NCBI GenBank assembly: GCA_963727525.1
Contig: CAVSGO010000007.1
Coordinates: 1,504,001 to 1,568,000, forward strand
DNA: 64,000 bases
Direction of reading: 5' to 3'
Source of the DNA: an uncultured bacterium
GTDB taxonomy: Bacteria; Krumholzibacteriota; Krumholzibacteriia; LZORAL124-64-63
This document shows, piece after piece, positions 1-9,468 of this stretch. Made by a program: the position numbers and the translations under genes. Position 1 is the stretch's first letter, and every line of letters begins with the position of its first letter. A model generated the notes under the pieces. That model had not been told where the DNA came from. It ran no database searches and saw nothing but the letters and a program-made list of their open reading frames with translations.

Positions 1-1101
1 CTCTTGGTCATCGTAACAATTTTGAAGCTGATTGAGCTTGAAAACGACCGTATCGAGCACCGACGTAAGTGTTGTCATTGGAAACCCCGCGCCACGCAAA
101 GCATTTTCGAGTTGCGCGATACCGCAAATTTCTCGCAGACTGGGATCACTCCTACATTTCCCCAACAACCTTCTCAACTCGAGGAGTCCGTACTTCGATC
201 CGATCCCGAGAAAAACTCCATATTGCGACAATATCGCCCCACACACATGCTGGAAGTACGAGCGTAGACTCTGAATGTAGTTGATTGATTTTCCCGCTGT
301 CCGGGCCGACTCGGCGCATTTCAGATGATGCCACGCGCGCTCTAGATTGTAAGCCGTAACGCGAACGCGAGTAGCGTCGTTGACGAGCCAAGGATGCGGC
401 GGCCCCACGACGATATCCTCAAGTAGGTATAAAAGAGTCTTGTAGCGGATGCCGTAAACATCAAGCGTCCCAACAAAGCGCACGATCTCATGCGACATCT
501 TACCGAGATTATAAGAACTGAAAAGGTGAGACAACTCGGATCTTGGATCATCTTCTTGCCCCATTCCCAGGATCCTGCGGAAAAGATGCGGCAAGATCAT
601 ATTCTCAATATATTCATAGTCCAGATCATATTCGACATCATTGTCGACAACTCTCAAGAACTGCTGGTTCGGGTCACCATAGCGACGAATATATGCGGCA
701 CACCACCATTCGGCCTCCGGGTGGACACATTCGAGATCGCGAATGACCGCCACCACCGCGACTCTCATGTCCGATGTCGTCAACACGCATTTATCCTCGC
801 GCTCGTCCAACATCAGCGCGAGCATGTTCACAACCCGAAACGGAATTGCGATAGACACCTTCAATGGAATCCCGATGCGCATAAGGGAAGTCACAAGCAT
901 TTCCGATGAGTATTCGATCGAACGGGCGCCGCGCACGAGCCTACCTGCTGTATTGAGCTTGGTCGCAAACAGATCGTCCGCGCACCGGAACATATCCGCA
1001 AAGCTACTTTCCGTCACCTGTGTCTTGGACAGATAGATATCCCCGCCGGCCACGATGTTTTGATCCCCGTCGATTCCCAGCTGACGCTTGTCGCCCTTCA
1101 T
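1..1101 (-). CDS. Hypothetical protein, 3'-partial (>367 aa); N-terminal GxxNxVxGGDI motif, possible tandem ATP-cone-like and HEPN-like regions
   Basis: Manual translation: ATG at 1101 after a GAGGTG SD, open for 367 codons to the window edge (MKGDKRQLGIDGDQNIVAGGDIYLSK...QNCYDDQE). Missing from the ORF track because it has no stop in the window. Visibly lower GC than the core genes. Confidence 0.85.
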   Translation of the reverse strand, partial: MKGDKRQLGIDGDQNIVAGGDIYLSKTQVTESSFADMFRCADDLFATKLNTAGRLVRGARSIEYSSEMLVTSLMRIGIPLKVSIAIPFRVVNMLALMLDEREDKCVLTTSDMRVAVVAVIRDLECVHPEAEWWCAAYIRRYGDPNQQFLRVVDNDVEYDLDYEYIENMILPHLFRRILGMGQEDDPRSELSHLFSSYNLGKMSHEIVRFVGTLDVYGIRYKTLLYLLEDIVVGPPHPWLVNDATRVRVTAYNLERAWHHLKCAESARTAGKSINYIQSLRSYFQHVCGAILSQYGVFLGIGSKYGLLELRRLLGKCRSDPSLREICGIAQLENALRGAGFPMTTLTSVLDTVVFKLNQLQNCYDDQE

Positions 1102-1109
1102 GCGGCACC

Positions 1110-1265
1110 TCACCTGCGAATGTTTATATCCCCACCGGACATGACGTTATTTCTGCCTCGGATCGACAACGTAGTTCTAATCGAGGAAACCGTTCGAAAT
1201 ACGAGAATTGTGATTACAAGCGACGCAATTGACGCTATTGACCCCACGATCGCCAGAACCTCCAT
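1110..1265 (-). CDS. Small single-TM protein (51 aa) with C-terminal GxNNVxxGGDI motif
   Basis: GGAGGAG SD, then MEVLAIVGSIASIASLVITILVFRTVSSIRTTLSIRGRNNVMSGGDINIRR. Hydrophobic residues 3-23. Its TGA overlaps the SD of the next gene. Confidence 0.8.
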   Translation of the reverse strand: MEVLAIVGSIASIASLVITILVFRTVSSIRTTLSIRGRNNVMSGGDINIRR

Positions 1266-1423
1266 GACATCTCCTCCATTGTTTATGACATCCCTCACCG
1301 CGAAACACCGGTCGATTGCCAGACAACGTCCAGGTTGAGAAGGAAACAGACCTGGCCGAGCCGACTGCAGAACTCGAAGATGCCACCGGATTCCCGCCCC
1401 GGCAAGCATTTCCCGATATTCTT

Positions 1424-1460
1424 CTCGCGCGGATCTGGCGCAAGCCAGGTGCGTGACAAG
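1424..1460 (-). repeat. Degenerate attC central-stem remnant
   Basis: 27/37 ungapped identity to 15226-15262 inside the intact attC, with a compensatory pair change (CTGGC-gcaa-GCCAG vs CTTGC-gcac-GCAAG). R boxes not recognisable. Confidence 0.55.
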
Positions 1461-1577
1461 TGGTGTTTTCATTGGAAAGCGCTTGGTCCCCAACGAGGCC
1501 TGTTCCTTCCGCGGCAAGCACGGAGGGCTGGGGTGAGGCGGGTCGCACTCAGATCCAAATGCCAGACCCTGAGCGTC

Positions 1578-3077
1578 TCAATCGAAGTGTCTGAGTGCGG
1601 ACCAGAGGCCGGCAGCCGGCCGCAACAGGCCGCGGCAGTAGGTGATCGGGACCCCGGTGTCCTCGTTCCGGAATCCCATGACGCTCTCGACTTCCCCCAG
1701 GGGCCTCACTTCGGAGTACTGCCGCTGGAGCCAATCACGATCGTACCCGATGACGATGAGAGGGTCGAGGGCGGGCGCCTCCTCCCAGTAGGCGTAGCCG
1801 TTGTGGCCGGAAACCGCCGCCGGCAGGCCATGCGGGCGACCGTAGACATCCACGGCACCGGCAACTCCGTAGTTGTTGGCCAGGATCCTCAGGCCGTCCC
1901 GCTCGTCCGGAGCCAGTTGTTCGTACAGGTTCACCGTCTGCACGGCAAGCTCTTCCCATCCGAACATGTTCTGCCAGTCGTCGTGCGGAAGATGCTCCAC
2001 CAGACTACCTAGCTGCGCCGGGGGAATCACAGGGAGGAAGAACGGCACCATCAATACATGCGAGGCCAGCAACCAGACGACCCCCCGCTTCGCGCCCCGG
2101 ATCGTACTGCGTGCCAGATATCGCTCGACCGCGACGGCACCCCCGGCATACAATAGCGGCAGCGTCGGTCCCACGTAGTAGGGCTTGCCGCCCGTCACGA
2201 GGAAGACAGCCCAGGCCACCACCACGGCCACCCCCAGGCTACGCCAGCGACTGCCGGCACCCCGGCCCACCAGGAACTTGAAACCGCCGACCATCAGCAG
2301 CACACCCATGATCGGTCCGGCCTCCGCGGCAGCCAGCAGCAGGAATGTCCACGGCCTGACGGCTTCACCGTCGCGATTGTGAGCGATGAATTCCAGCAAT
2401 GGCCAGCCACGTTCTGCCTGCCAGACGAGCGTCGGCACCGCCGCGATCGCCGCGAGAAGAGCACCTGCCCAGAGCCAGCCAGACCGCAGCAACGCCCGCT
2501 GCGGCGTCAACAGCAAACCCACCAGCACACCGAGTCCCCAGCCCAGGATCGTCAACTTCGACAGGAGGCCAAGGCCGAGCACCAGGCCGAATAGCAGAAA
2601 AAGTCGCCTATCCCCGCCGCCGATGATGGCAACCAGGACCGCTGCGCTGGCCGCCCACGCCAGTTGATCCAGCGAAACCGTCTGGAGCATCGAATTGGCC
2701 AGCAGGAACAACGGTGAAACCACGACAGCCAGCGAAGCGAGGGTCTGGGCGAGCCGTCCGCCACCGAAGCGCCGTGCCATCCAGCCTGCAAGAACGACCA
2801 GGATCGCGCCCACCATGGCCGGCCAAAGACGTAGCCAGAATGGCGAAAGGCCCGCCAGGCGTTCGGTCACTGCTGCCAACCACGGCACCAGCGGCGGTTG
2901 GTCGGGATAGCCCCAGGCCGGATGTCGACCGCACATGACGTAATACAGCTCGTCCCGGTGCAGCGGATAGTGGGTCGCCGTCACCAGGTGCATCAGCAGC
3001 TTGAGGCCCCCGAGGGCGAAGACGAATCGCGAAAGCGGTGCGGAAGGTGCCTCTTCGATCTCGAGTGCCTGGGACAT
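1578..3077 (-). CDS. ArnT/PMT-like (GT39/GT83-type) membrane glycosyltransferase
   Basis: LHRDELYY...AWGYPDQPPL motif and many TM helices; 499 aa. Confidence 0.85.
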   Translation of the reverse strand: MSQALEIEEAPSAPLSRFVFALGGLKLLMHLVTATHYPLHRDELYYVMCGRHPAWGYPDQPPLVPWLAAVTERLAGLSPFWLRLWPAMVGAILVVLAGWMARRFGGGRLAQTLASLAVVVSPLFLLANSMLQTVSLDQLAWAASAAVLVAIIGGGDRRLFLLFGLVLGLGLLSKLTILGWGLGVLVGLLLTPQRALLRSGWLWAGALLAAIAAVPTLVWQAERGWPLLEFIAHNRDGEAVRPWTFLLLAAAEAGPIMGVLLMVGGFKFLVGRGAGSRWRSLGVAVVVAWAVFLVTGGKPYYVGPTLPLLYAGGAVAVERYLARSTIRGAKRGVVWLLASHVLMVPFFLPVIPPAQLGSLVEHLPHDDWQNMFGWEELAVQTVNLYEQLAPDERDGLRILANNYGVAGAVDVYGRPHGLPAAVSGHNGYAYWEEAPALDPLIVIGYDRDWLQRQYSEVRPLGEVESVMGFRNEDTGVPITYCRGLLRPAAGLWSALRHFD

Positions 3078-3345
3078 GGAGCATCCTCACGAGCCGGTAG
3101 GTGGTGCAACGGCGCCGAGGGCAACCACACCCTCAGCGACACGTCGCACTGAGACGTATTCCCTCCGCAATAGTTGCTGCTGATCGTCGCCTGGCTCAAA
3201 ATACCAGGCAAGCGCGTTCCGCAGCACAGGCTCGCTCGTGGCCATGGACCGCGCTGGCAACGGGTAGACAAAGGCCTCCCTTGCTATCCTGGCCAGGAAG
3301 TCGGGCTCCGGTCCATGACCGACACTCGCGACAGTCAGCCCGCCA

Positions 3346-3483
3346 GAACCCCCGCACCTTGTCCCGCAATTCCTTCAACGAGAATGGTTTCTGGATGAAA
3401 TTCTCGCCTTCGTCCAGCACCCCGTGATGGGCAATGATGTTGGCCGTGTAACCGGACATGAATAGGATCTTCAGGCCGGGTCG
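3346..3483 (-). pseudogene. C-terminal fragment of a response-regulator receiver domain (hybrid kinase type)
   Basis: [44 protein letters not shown]; the N-terminal part is absent. Confidence 0.75.
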
Positions 3484-3653
3484 TCACCCTCGCCCGCCAT
3501 CGCCGCCATCAGGGCCATACCGTCGTCCTCGCCGCCGCCAACGACCGCGTCAAGAACCTCCTGCATATCACGTCCCTGGACATCGCCCTGCCGACCTACG
3601 ACTCCCTCGCCGCGGCCACCAGGGCACTGCGCCCCGACCCGCCGACGACGTAG
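3480..3653 (+). pseudogene. C-terminal fragment of a STAS/anti-sigma-factor antagonist
   Basis: VVLAAANDRVKNLLHITSLDIALPTYDSLAAA...TAG; no start codon or N-terminal half. Confidence 0.65.
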
Positions 3654-3841
3654 GCATCGTGTCCGGACTCGCGAGCAACGTCTCCGACCTTCGAGCGGGC
3701 CGACACGAGGGCGCCGATCTGCTTCCAGGTCACAGAGCCTGAGCCCTCCAGGATCGTCACCAGATCGGCTAGTCTACTCGCGGGGTGGCGCTTCAAAGGC
3801 GCCATGGTGCTCGCCCACAAACGTGCGACTCTTGATGACAA

Positions 3842-4312
3842 TTAAGGCGTCTGTTCGGACGACAGGTGACGTCCTACTTCACCAGCGGCAGATCGCCTTT
3901 CGATCTCGTCGGCCACCGCTCGCGGCACGCACTTCTTGTTGACTGGGTTAAAAAATGTCCCAAGCGATTTCGCCAGCACAATCGCCAAAGGAATTCCTGC
4001 AATGGTGACAAATAGGCCAGCTATTTGTAATATGCAGATCATGGAGAGAATCAATCCGAAGGGAATGTAGACAACAGTCACGACAAAGGAATACGCTTTC
4101 CATACGTCGTTCTGCTTCTCATTCAACGCACTGCGGCTCACCATGGCCTTCGAAAACGGCGCAAGAAGAAACTTTCCGTATTCCATCAGGCCGCGCCCGA
4201 TCGGTGCAGCAATAACCGTCACGGTGAGAATCAGCCCAAGAAGCCAAGTCAGCGCGGCTTGAACGAAGCCAAAGAACGGGAAATGCCACAAGATGTTGCC
4301 CAGAGTCCTCAT
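3842..4312 (-). CDS. yccF: YccF-domain inner membrane protein
   Basis: MRTLGNILWHFPFFG...AAPIGRGLMEYGKFLLAPF; GGAGGAG SD. Confidence 0.85.
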   Translation of the reverse strand: MRTLGNILWHFPFFGFVQAALTWLLGLILTVTVIAAPIGRGLMEYGKFLLAPFSKAMVSRSALNEKQNDVWKAYSFVVTVVYIPFGLILSMICILQIAGLFVTIAGIPLAIVLAKSLGTFFNPVNKKCVPRAVADEIERRSAAGEVGRHLSSEQTP

Positions 4313-4351
4313 ATTCTCCTCCAATCTAGACGGTACAGTATTGTGTTGAAA

Positions 4352-4496
4352 ATCCAACGCTCTCGGCCAGGACAGGGGTACACCTGCACATCCCGCCGCA
4401 ACCATGAATCGCTGTGGCCATCCGCCAAGCGTAAGGAGGCGAAGCTGACTGCAGCGGGGTCGGGATGAGCCGCATGCCAGTCCAACCCTGTTAGAT
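4352..4496 (-). repeat. Degenerate attC candidate
   Basis: ATCTAAC just after the cupin stop and GTTGGAT shortly before the yccF SD. L boxes pair poorly and 145 bp is long for an attC. Confidence 0.35.
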
Positions 4497-4509
4497 GTCG
4501 GGCCTGAGC

Positions 4510-4853
4510 CTACTCTTGCCTGACTATATCGACCGAGATCTCCACTGCCGGAACCGTTCCTCTGTTCTCAAGCCAGTGCAGGTGTTCCTATCCTCGGGCC
4601 AGCCCACTCCCGGCCCATACTCCGTAGCGACCCCATCTCGATGGTCAGTGATCGTTCCCTGCAATATATAGACGGTGCCCGGCCTGCCTATATGGTCGTG
4701 AATCGGGCCGAAGACACCTCCAGGCTCGATGGTCACCAAACGCATTCGAAGTTGGCGCCCCGTCATGCCCTCGATCTCAGGGCCAAGGTCAACCGTCGCA
4801 GGGGACTTCACCGTAACACCTCTTGTCTCAGGTGCCACCTTTTCGTTGCTCAT
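4510..4853 (-). pseudogene. Cupin-domain protein with a 1-nt frameshift near 4581
   Basis: PIHDHIGRPGTVYILQG...WPEDRNT continues in another frame as HWLENRGTVPAVEISVDIVRQE-stop. Confidence 0.75.
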
Positions 4854-5299
4854 CTTACCCTCCCTTTTCTACCTCCAGGGCCTGACGCCGGCTTCCGCTG
4901 CAAGCAATTTCGAGGCATAATCCTCAAGAACACCATCAATGCTGCGGGCCGTGCTCGCTTGGGTCGAGCTCGTCGAGCAACCTCACATTGGATTCCCCCT
5001 TGCCGTGTCGACGGCTCCACTGGAAATCACAATTGTGACGAGAACAAGCTATTTCAAGAGATTGGCCTCACCCGTTGTTGAAGAGAGATCGAAGGCGCGC
5101 CCTTGTGTCAACCTTCTACTCATCCGACCTAGACCGGATCAGATGTGAGCGCCAGAGTTTCCTTCCGCGACGACCGCATCCCGATTGCCATGGCTGGGCG
5201 GCTGCGAGACCTCCCGTCGCATCCGCCCTCCTTCCATAGTGCTTGGCGGCGTCGATCGACACGGAGGCTGAGAAGACCTGGTCCTCCTCGAGCGCACCT

Positions 5300-6370
5300 T
5301 TACCAGGGCCCATTTCTCGTCACGTTCACGAATGACGTCCCATCGTAGCGAAAGGCTCCCTTCCAGCCGCCACACCAGATCCGCCCGTCGCGATCCTCGA
5401 AAACGCAAAATACGACTGGAGTCTCGATGCCGTCCGCGTCGTCGAACCTCGTGTACGACGTTCCATCGTAGCGATACACGCCGACGTGCCCGACGGGGAT
5501 CCAGAGATCTCCGTTGCTGGCCTCGCAGAAGGGCCCCACTGCGGTGCCACTCAGCCCTTCCTGCCGGCTGATGCTGGTGAACGTCTCGCCATCGTAGCGG
5601 ATGACTCCCGTGTACCGCGTCGAGAACCAGATATCGCCATTGCGATCCTCGAGGACGGAACTCACACTCGTCTCGACGCCACGATCGGTGACGGACACGC
5701 GTGCAACGGTGTCCCCGTCATATCTGTACACCCCGGACTCCGCCACGAACCACAGGTCGCCCCCGCGATCTTTCGCCAGGGACCAGACGACGTGCGGTCC
5801 CCAGACACCCTTGCGATCGTCCCGCGTGGTCGCCGCGGGAAGCGGAAACGGAACGAACGTGTGTCCGTCCTGACGGCAGGCTCCCGCGAAGCTACCGACC
5901 CAGACCGTTCCCGCGTCGTCGACGAGGACGCTCCAGACATCATTGCTACTCAGACCGTCCTCGACGGTGTAGCGGGTGAAGGACTCCCCGTCATATGCGA
6001 GCAGACCGCCCGTCGTCGCGAACCACAGGTGGCCGTCTCCATCCTCGGTGATGGCCTTGACGGTGAACCCCTTGGCGAATTCATCGCGAATGTCGTAGAA
6101 GACCAGCGAGGTCCCGTCATAGCGCTGCACACCATCCTGCGTGCCGAACCAGAGATCGCCTTTCCGGTCCTGGAAGATCGTGCGCACGACCCCGCTGATC
6201 TGGTTCCCCTCCGATTCCCTCACGTGAGGGTCCGTCTTGAACTCGGGAAGGCCACTGGCCAGCCGGGCCACGTCATCGGCAACCACCCTCGTCGCGGCCG
6301 AGGCGCCATGAGAGAGCAGGAGAAGGCCAATGAAGGACGAGGCGACCACGGACATGACGGATTTCATCAC
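5300..6370 (-). CDS. Secreted beta-propeller protein (two-component regulator propeller repeats)
   Basis: Signal peptide; repeated 'I.ED..G.LWF.T..G...YDG..F' blades. Confidence 0.85.
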   Translation of the reverse strand: MMKSVMSVVASSFIGLLLLSHGASAATRVVADDVARLASGLPEFKTDPHVRESEGNQISGVVRTIFQDRKGDLWFGTQDGVQRYDGTSLVFYDIRDEFAKGFTVKAITEDGDGHLWFATTGGLLAYDGESFTRYTVEDGLSSNDVWSVLVDDAGTVWVGSFAGACRQDGHTFVPFPLPAATTRDDRKGVWGPHVVWSLAKDRGGDLWFVAESGVYRYDGDTVARVSVTDRGVETSVSSVLEDRNGDIWFSTRYTGVIRYDGETFTSISRQEGLSGTAVGPFCEASNGDLWIPVGHVGVYRYDGTSYTRFDDADGIETPVVFCVFEDRDGRIWCGGWKGAFRYDGTSFVNVTRNGPW

Positions 6371-6453
6371 GGGCGATCACCAATCGGCTGGGGACTCGTC
6401 GAATAGACCATGGTGGCGGGCGATTCCATCTGCCAGCCGCCACTCGCATGCCG

Positions 6454-6840
6454 TCACGACGCCACCGCACTGATCATGACGTAGTAGCCGTCGGGATCCC
6501 GGAGCGCGAACTCGAGCGTGTCGGTATTCGGATTGCGGTGCGGCTCTTCCGCGAGCCGTGCCACGAGCGACCGCGCATTCGCGAGCACCGCCTCGTAGTC
6601 ATCGACGCGAAAGAACAGGATGAGTCCATTCCCCACGTCGCCGCGATCCGGACTCGTCAGCGTGGGATGCTCATGCGCCCCCCACTGGTGCAGACACAGG
6701 AGCACGGTGCCATCGTCATCGTGGATCTGCGCGAAATAGTCGTGCGCCGGCGCCGCGGCAGGCTGGCCGAAGAGCGTCTGATACCAGCGATAGCTGCGCC
6801 CCACGTCCTCGACACCGATGATCGTCCAGGTGCGTTTCAT
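6454..6840 (-). CDS. VOC/glyoxalase family protein
   Basis: IIGVEDVGRSYRWY...LFFRVDD...EFALRDPDGY. Confidence 0.85.
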   Translation of the reverse strand: MKRTWTIIGVEDVGRSYRWYQTLFGQPAAAPAHDYFAQIHDDDGTVLLCLHQWGAHEHPTLTSPDRGDVGNGLILFFRVDDYEAVLANARSLVARLAEEPHRNPNTDTLEFALRDPDGYYVMISAVAS

Positions 6841-6998
6841 ACTGGCGAACCTTTTCGCTGGATCGTTCTTCGACAAGCGATCTCAAAACGTAGCGACGCT
6901 TGCCCCCCGGAAAGGTACACGAGAGTTCAGCCCACCGTCAGCTCTCCGGCCGTCATTGAACACGGAGCCGCCACGTCGCGCTGGCCATGGGCCGGGAC

Positions 6999-7146
6999 AA
7001 TGTCCAGCAGATCCGCCATCACCGCCGTCGCCGTCGGCCAGCGACCGGCGGGATCGGCCTCGTACAGTCCATCCACATCCTTCACGAGCCGGCACCGCGT
7101 GGCCTGCATTTCGCAGGCGAGGAAGAGCGCCGTCAGGTCTCGACCT
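6999..7146 (-). pseudogene. Fused remnant: amino-acid-kinase (aspartokinase-like) fragment plus homoserine dehydrogenase C-terminal fragment
   Basis: DLTALFLA...CRLVKDVDGLYEADP joined directly to AGRWPTATAVMADLLDI. Confidence 0.55.
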
Positions 7147-7162
7147 TCCCAATGTCCCAACC

Positions 7163-7660
7163 TCACCGCCGCACCAGCCGACCAAGCTCTTCCCAGTACC
7201 CGCGATCCCAGTATCCATTCGCCGCCCCACTCGTCGACGGCGCCACGAACAACGTCGTCACCCCAACCCTCTCCTCCTGAACACCAAAGCCGATCCGGCG
7301 CCGCCCCAGGAACACCTGCGCCGCCTTCTTCCCATTAAATGCCAGGACGGTCGGCCGCAACTCGATTGCCCGCCCCCTCAACCGCGCCACACTCGCCCGC
7401 CGAAAGTCGATCGCCACATCACTCCCCGACTGCCCCTTCACCAGATCCGTCAGGCCGATACCAAATTGCAGAAGCTCGCGGAACTCGTGAGGCTCGAGTC
7501 GCCGCGGCGTGAGACCGACCTCACCGAGCACCCGCCAGAACTTGTTCCCGGGCCCAGCATAGTATGCCCCTCGCGCCGCCGACACCGCCCCCGCCGCCGC
7601 CCCACAGACGACCAGTCGCAATCCCGGCGCCAGCACATCCTCGAGCACGTCACGAGCCAT
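7163..7660 (-). CDS. mug: Mismatch-specific uracil/thymine DNA glycosylase
   Basis: YYAGPGNKFW, GIGLTDLVK, LAFNGK, PSTSGA motifs. Confidence 0.85.
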   Translation of the reverse strand: MARDVLEDVLAPGLRLVVCGAAAGAVSAARGAYYAGPGNKFWRVLGEVGLTPRRLEPHEFRELLQFGIGLTDLVKGQSGSDVAIDFRRASVARLRGRAIELRPTVLAFNGKKAAQVFLGRRRIGFGVQEERVGVTTLFVAPSTSGAANGYWDRGYWEELGRLVRR

Positions 7661-7710
7661 GGCATCTCTCCCGGAATTGATCACATTCGGACCGGAGCAG
7701 AAAGGTCGCG

Positions 7711-9303
7711 CTACTTAAGCAACGTCACCGTTCCGCTGCTCGCGCCCTGCGGACCGAGTACCTGCACGAGGTAGATGCCGCTGGCGAGATCCCGCCCGCG
7801 ATCGTCGCGCCCGTCCCAGGGCACGGTGTGCTCACCGGCCGTGACCACCTCGTCGAACAACGACCGCACGAGCCGGCCGCGCGCATCGCACAGCCGCACC
7901 TGGATGCGCGCCGCTACCGGTGCGCGGAAAGCGAGCGTGGTCCGCGGATTGAACGGATTCGGCGACGCTCTTGTGAAGACCACCCCAGCCGTGCCGCCAG
8001 GCAGCTCCGCCACGCCGGTGAGCTGATCGCTGCCCCGATAGATGCGCACGCGGTCCTGGTACCCACTGCGGATGTGCACGAGCACGTCAGCCCGGCCGTC
8101 GCCGTCGACGTCGCCGGCCCGGCCCACCTGGACCTGATCCCACACCTCGCCTTCATCCGGCCTGATCATCTGGTCCGCCACGGCATCGGGCTGCGCCCCA
8201 CCCTGGAAGATCCAGACCACCTGCAAGCTGTCCACGACCGCGACATCGTCGAACCCGTCGCCGTTGACGTCCCCGAGCCCCGCCACGTCCCGACCGGGAG
8301 CAAGGGCGAGGACCGTATCGGCCGTGAGGTCGGTCGACCCGAAGAGGATGCGACCGGCGTCGATGGACGGCGCCGCCGCGATGACATCGTCGAGACCATC
8401 GCCATTGAAATCGAAGGCGCCGTCAATGCCATCGCCCAGCGCCGCCGTGCCGGTATCGGTCGGCTGGTAGACGTGTCCGGCGGCGAGCCGCAACGAGCCA
8501 CCATGGATCATGAGGGTGGCGCCAACGGCCTCGGCCGGATGGGTCCCCTCGTCGTCGATGAGAAACCCCGCCGTCCACGGCAACCCGTGCACGAGATCCC
8601 CCGCACCATCCCCGTTGGTATCCCCCGCAAACGCCAGGTAGCTGGGGAAACCATCGAGGTAGACGGCATGCACGCGGTGCCACACGGCCTCGCCGGGCGG
8701 CGTCGGACCGCCGGCAAAGACGTACACCGTCGGCGGCGGCCCCCACCCGTAGATGGTGTCGATGGTCACCGCGAGATCGTCGTAGCCGTCGTCATCGAAC
8801 CGCCCGGCCCGCGCCAGTCCCGTCCCGAAGTAGTACCGCGTCCAGGGCCCCGGAATGACCACATCCGCCACCGCATCGATATCCGGCCCCCCGAAATAGA
8901 CGAAGACCGCCCCCGCGTTCTCGTGCCCGTCGATGTCGTAATCGCGAGCACTGATGGCAATGTCGCCGTACCCATCACCATTGAAGTCGAACGGCCCCTT
9001 CACCGCCTTCTGCAGACGCCCCGAAGCATTCTGCTGCAACACGAGATCCGGCACGTCATCGACATCCGGCCCCCCGAAGTACACGTAGGCCCGCCCGGAA
9101 TACCCGGCCCCGGTCTCGAAGGGATCCATGATCAGGACATCATCATACCCGTCGCCATCGACATCCCCGAGCCACGCCATTTCCCGCCCGAATGCCTGAC
9201 CGTCGTGCTCCGGCCCCAATGTCACGATCACATCACCCGACACCGCCAGCCCGGCCCCGAGCTGAACCATCAACCACATCGCCAGCATGACCACCTCCCC
9301 CAT
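7711..9303 (-). CDS. Secreted FG-GAP (integrin-alpha-like) repeat protein with C-terminal FlgD-Ig domain
   Basis: Repeated GDxxGDGxDD motifs; C-terminal SPNPFNPRT...WDGRD..G..LASGIY. Confidence 0.85.
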   Translation of the reverse strand: MGEVVMLAMWLMVQLGAGLAVSGDVIVTLGPEHDGQAFGREMAWLGDVDGDGYDDVLIMDPFETGAGYSGRAYVYFGGPDVDDVPDLVLQQNASGRLQKAVKGPFDFNGDGYGDIAISARDYDIDGHENAGAVFVYFGGPDIDAVADVVIPGPWTRYYFGTGLARAGRFDDDGYDDLAVTIDTIYGWGPPPTVYVFAGGPTPPGEAVWHRVHAVYLDGFPSYLAFAGDTNGDGAGDLVHGLPWTAGFLIDDEGTHPAEAVGATLMIHGGSLRLAAGHVYQPTDTGTAALGDGIDGAFDFNGDGLDDVIAAAPSIDAGRILFGSTDLTADTVLALAPGRDVAGLGDVNGDGFDDVAVVDSLQVVWIFQGGAQPDAVADQMIRPDEGEVWDQVQVGRAGDVDGDGRADVLVHIRSGYQDRVRIYRGSDQLTGVAELPGGTAGVVFTRASPNPFNPRTTLAFRAPVAARIQVRLCDARGRLVRSLFDEVVTAGEHTVPWDGRDDRGRDLASGIYLVQVLGPQGASSGTVTLLK

Positions 9304-9468
9304 GTCAAAGAATGAGAAGAGGATATCACCCGCGCCGGTCCCGGGTCAACGCGATCCCGAAAGACGACGGCCCGGCGGCGCCACGCACGGCCGACCCGGG
9401 ATGGTCAGATCGAGCAGGCGCATCCGCGAATCCATGCTTATAGGTGAGGCTGACAAGGGAGGAGCGCG

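Noticed and set aside
4-1338. Plus-strand ORFs in the first 1.3 kb of the track
   Set aside because: They are antisense to the two SD-supported minus-strand genes.
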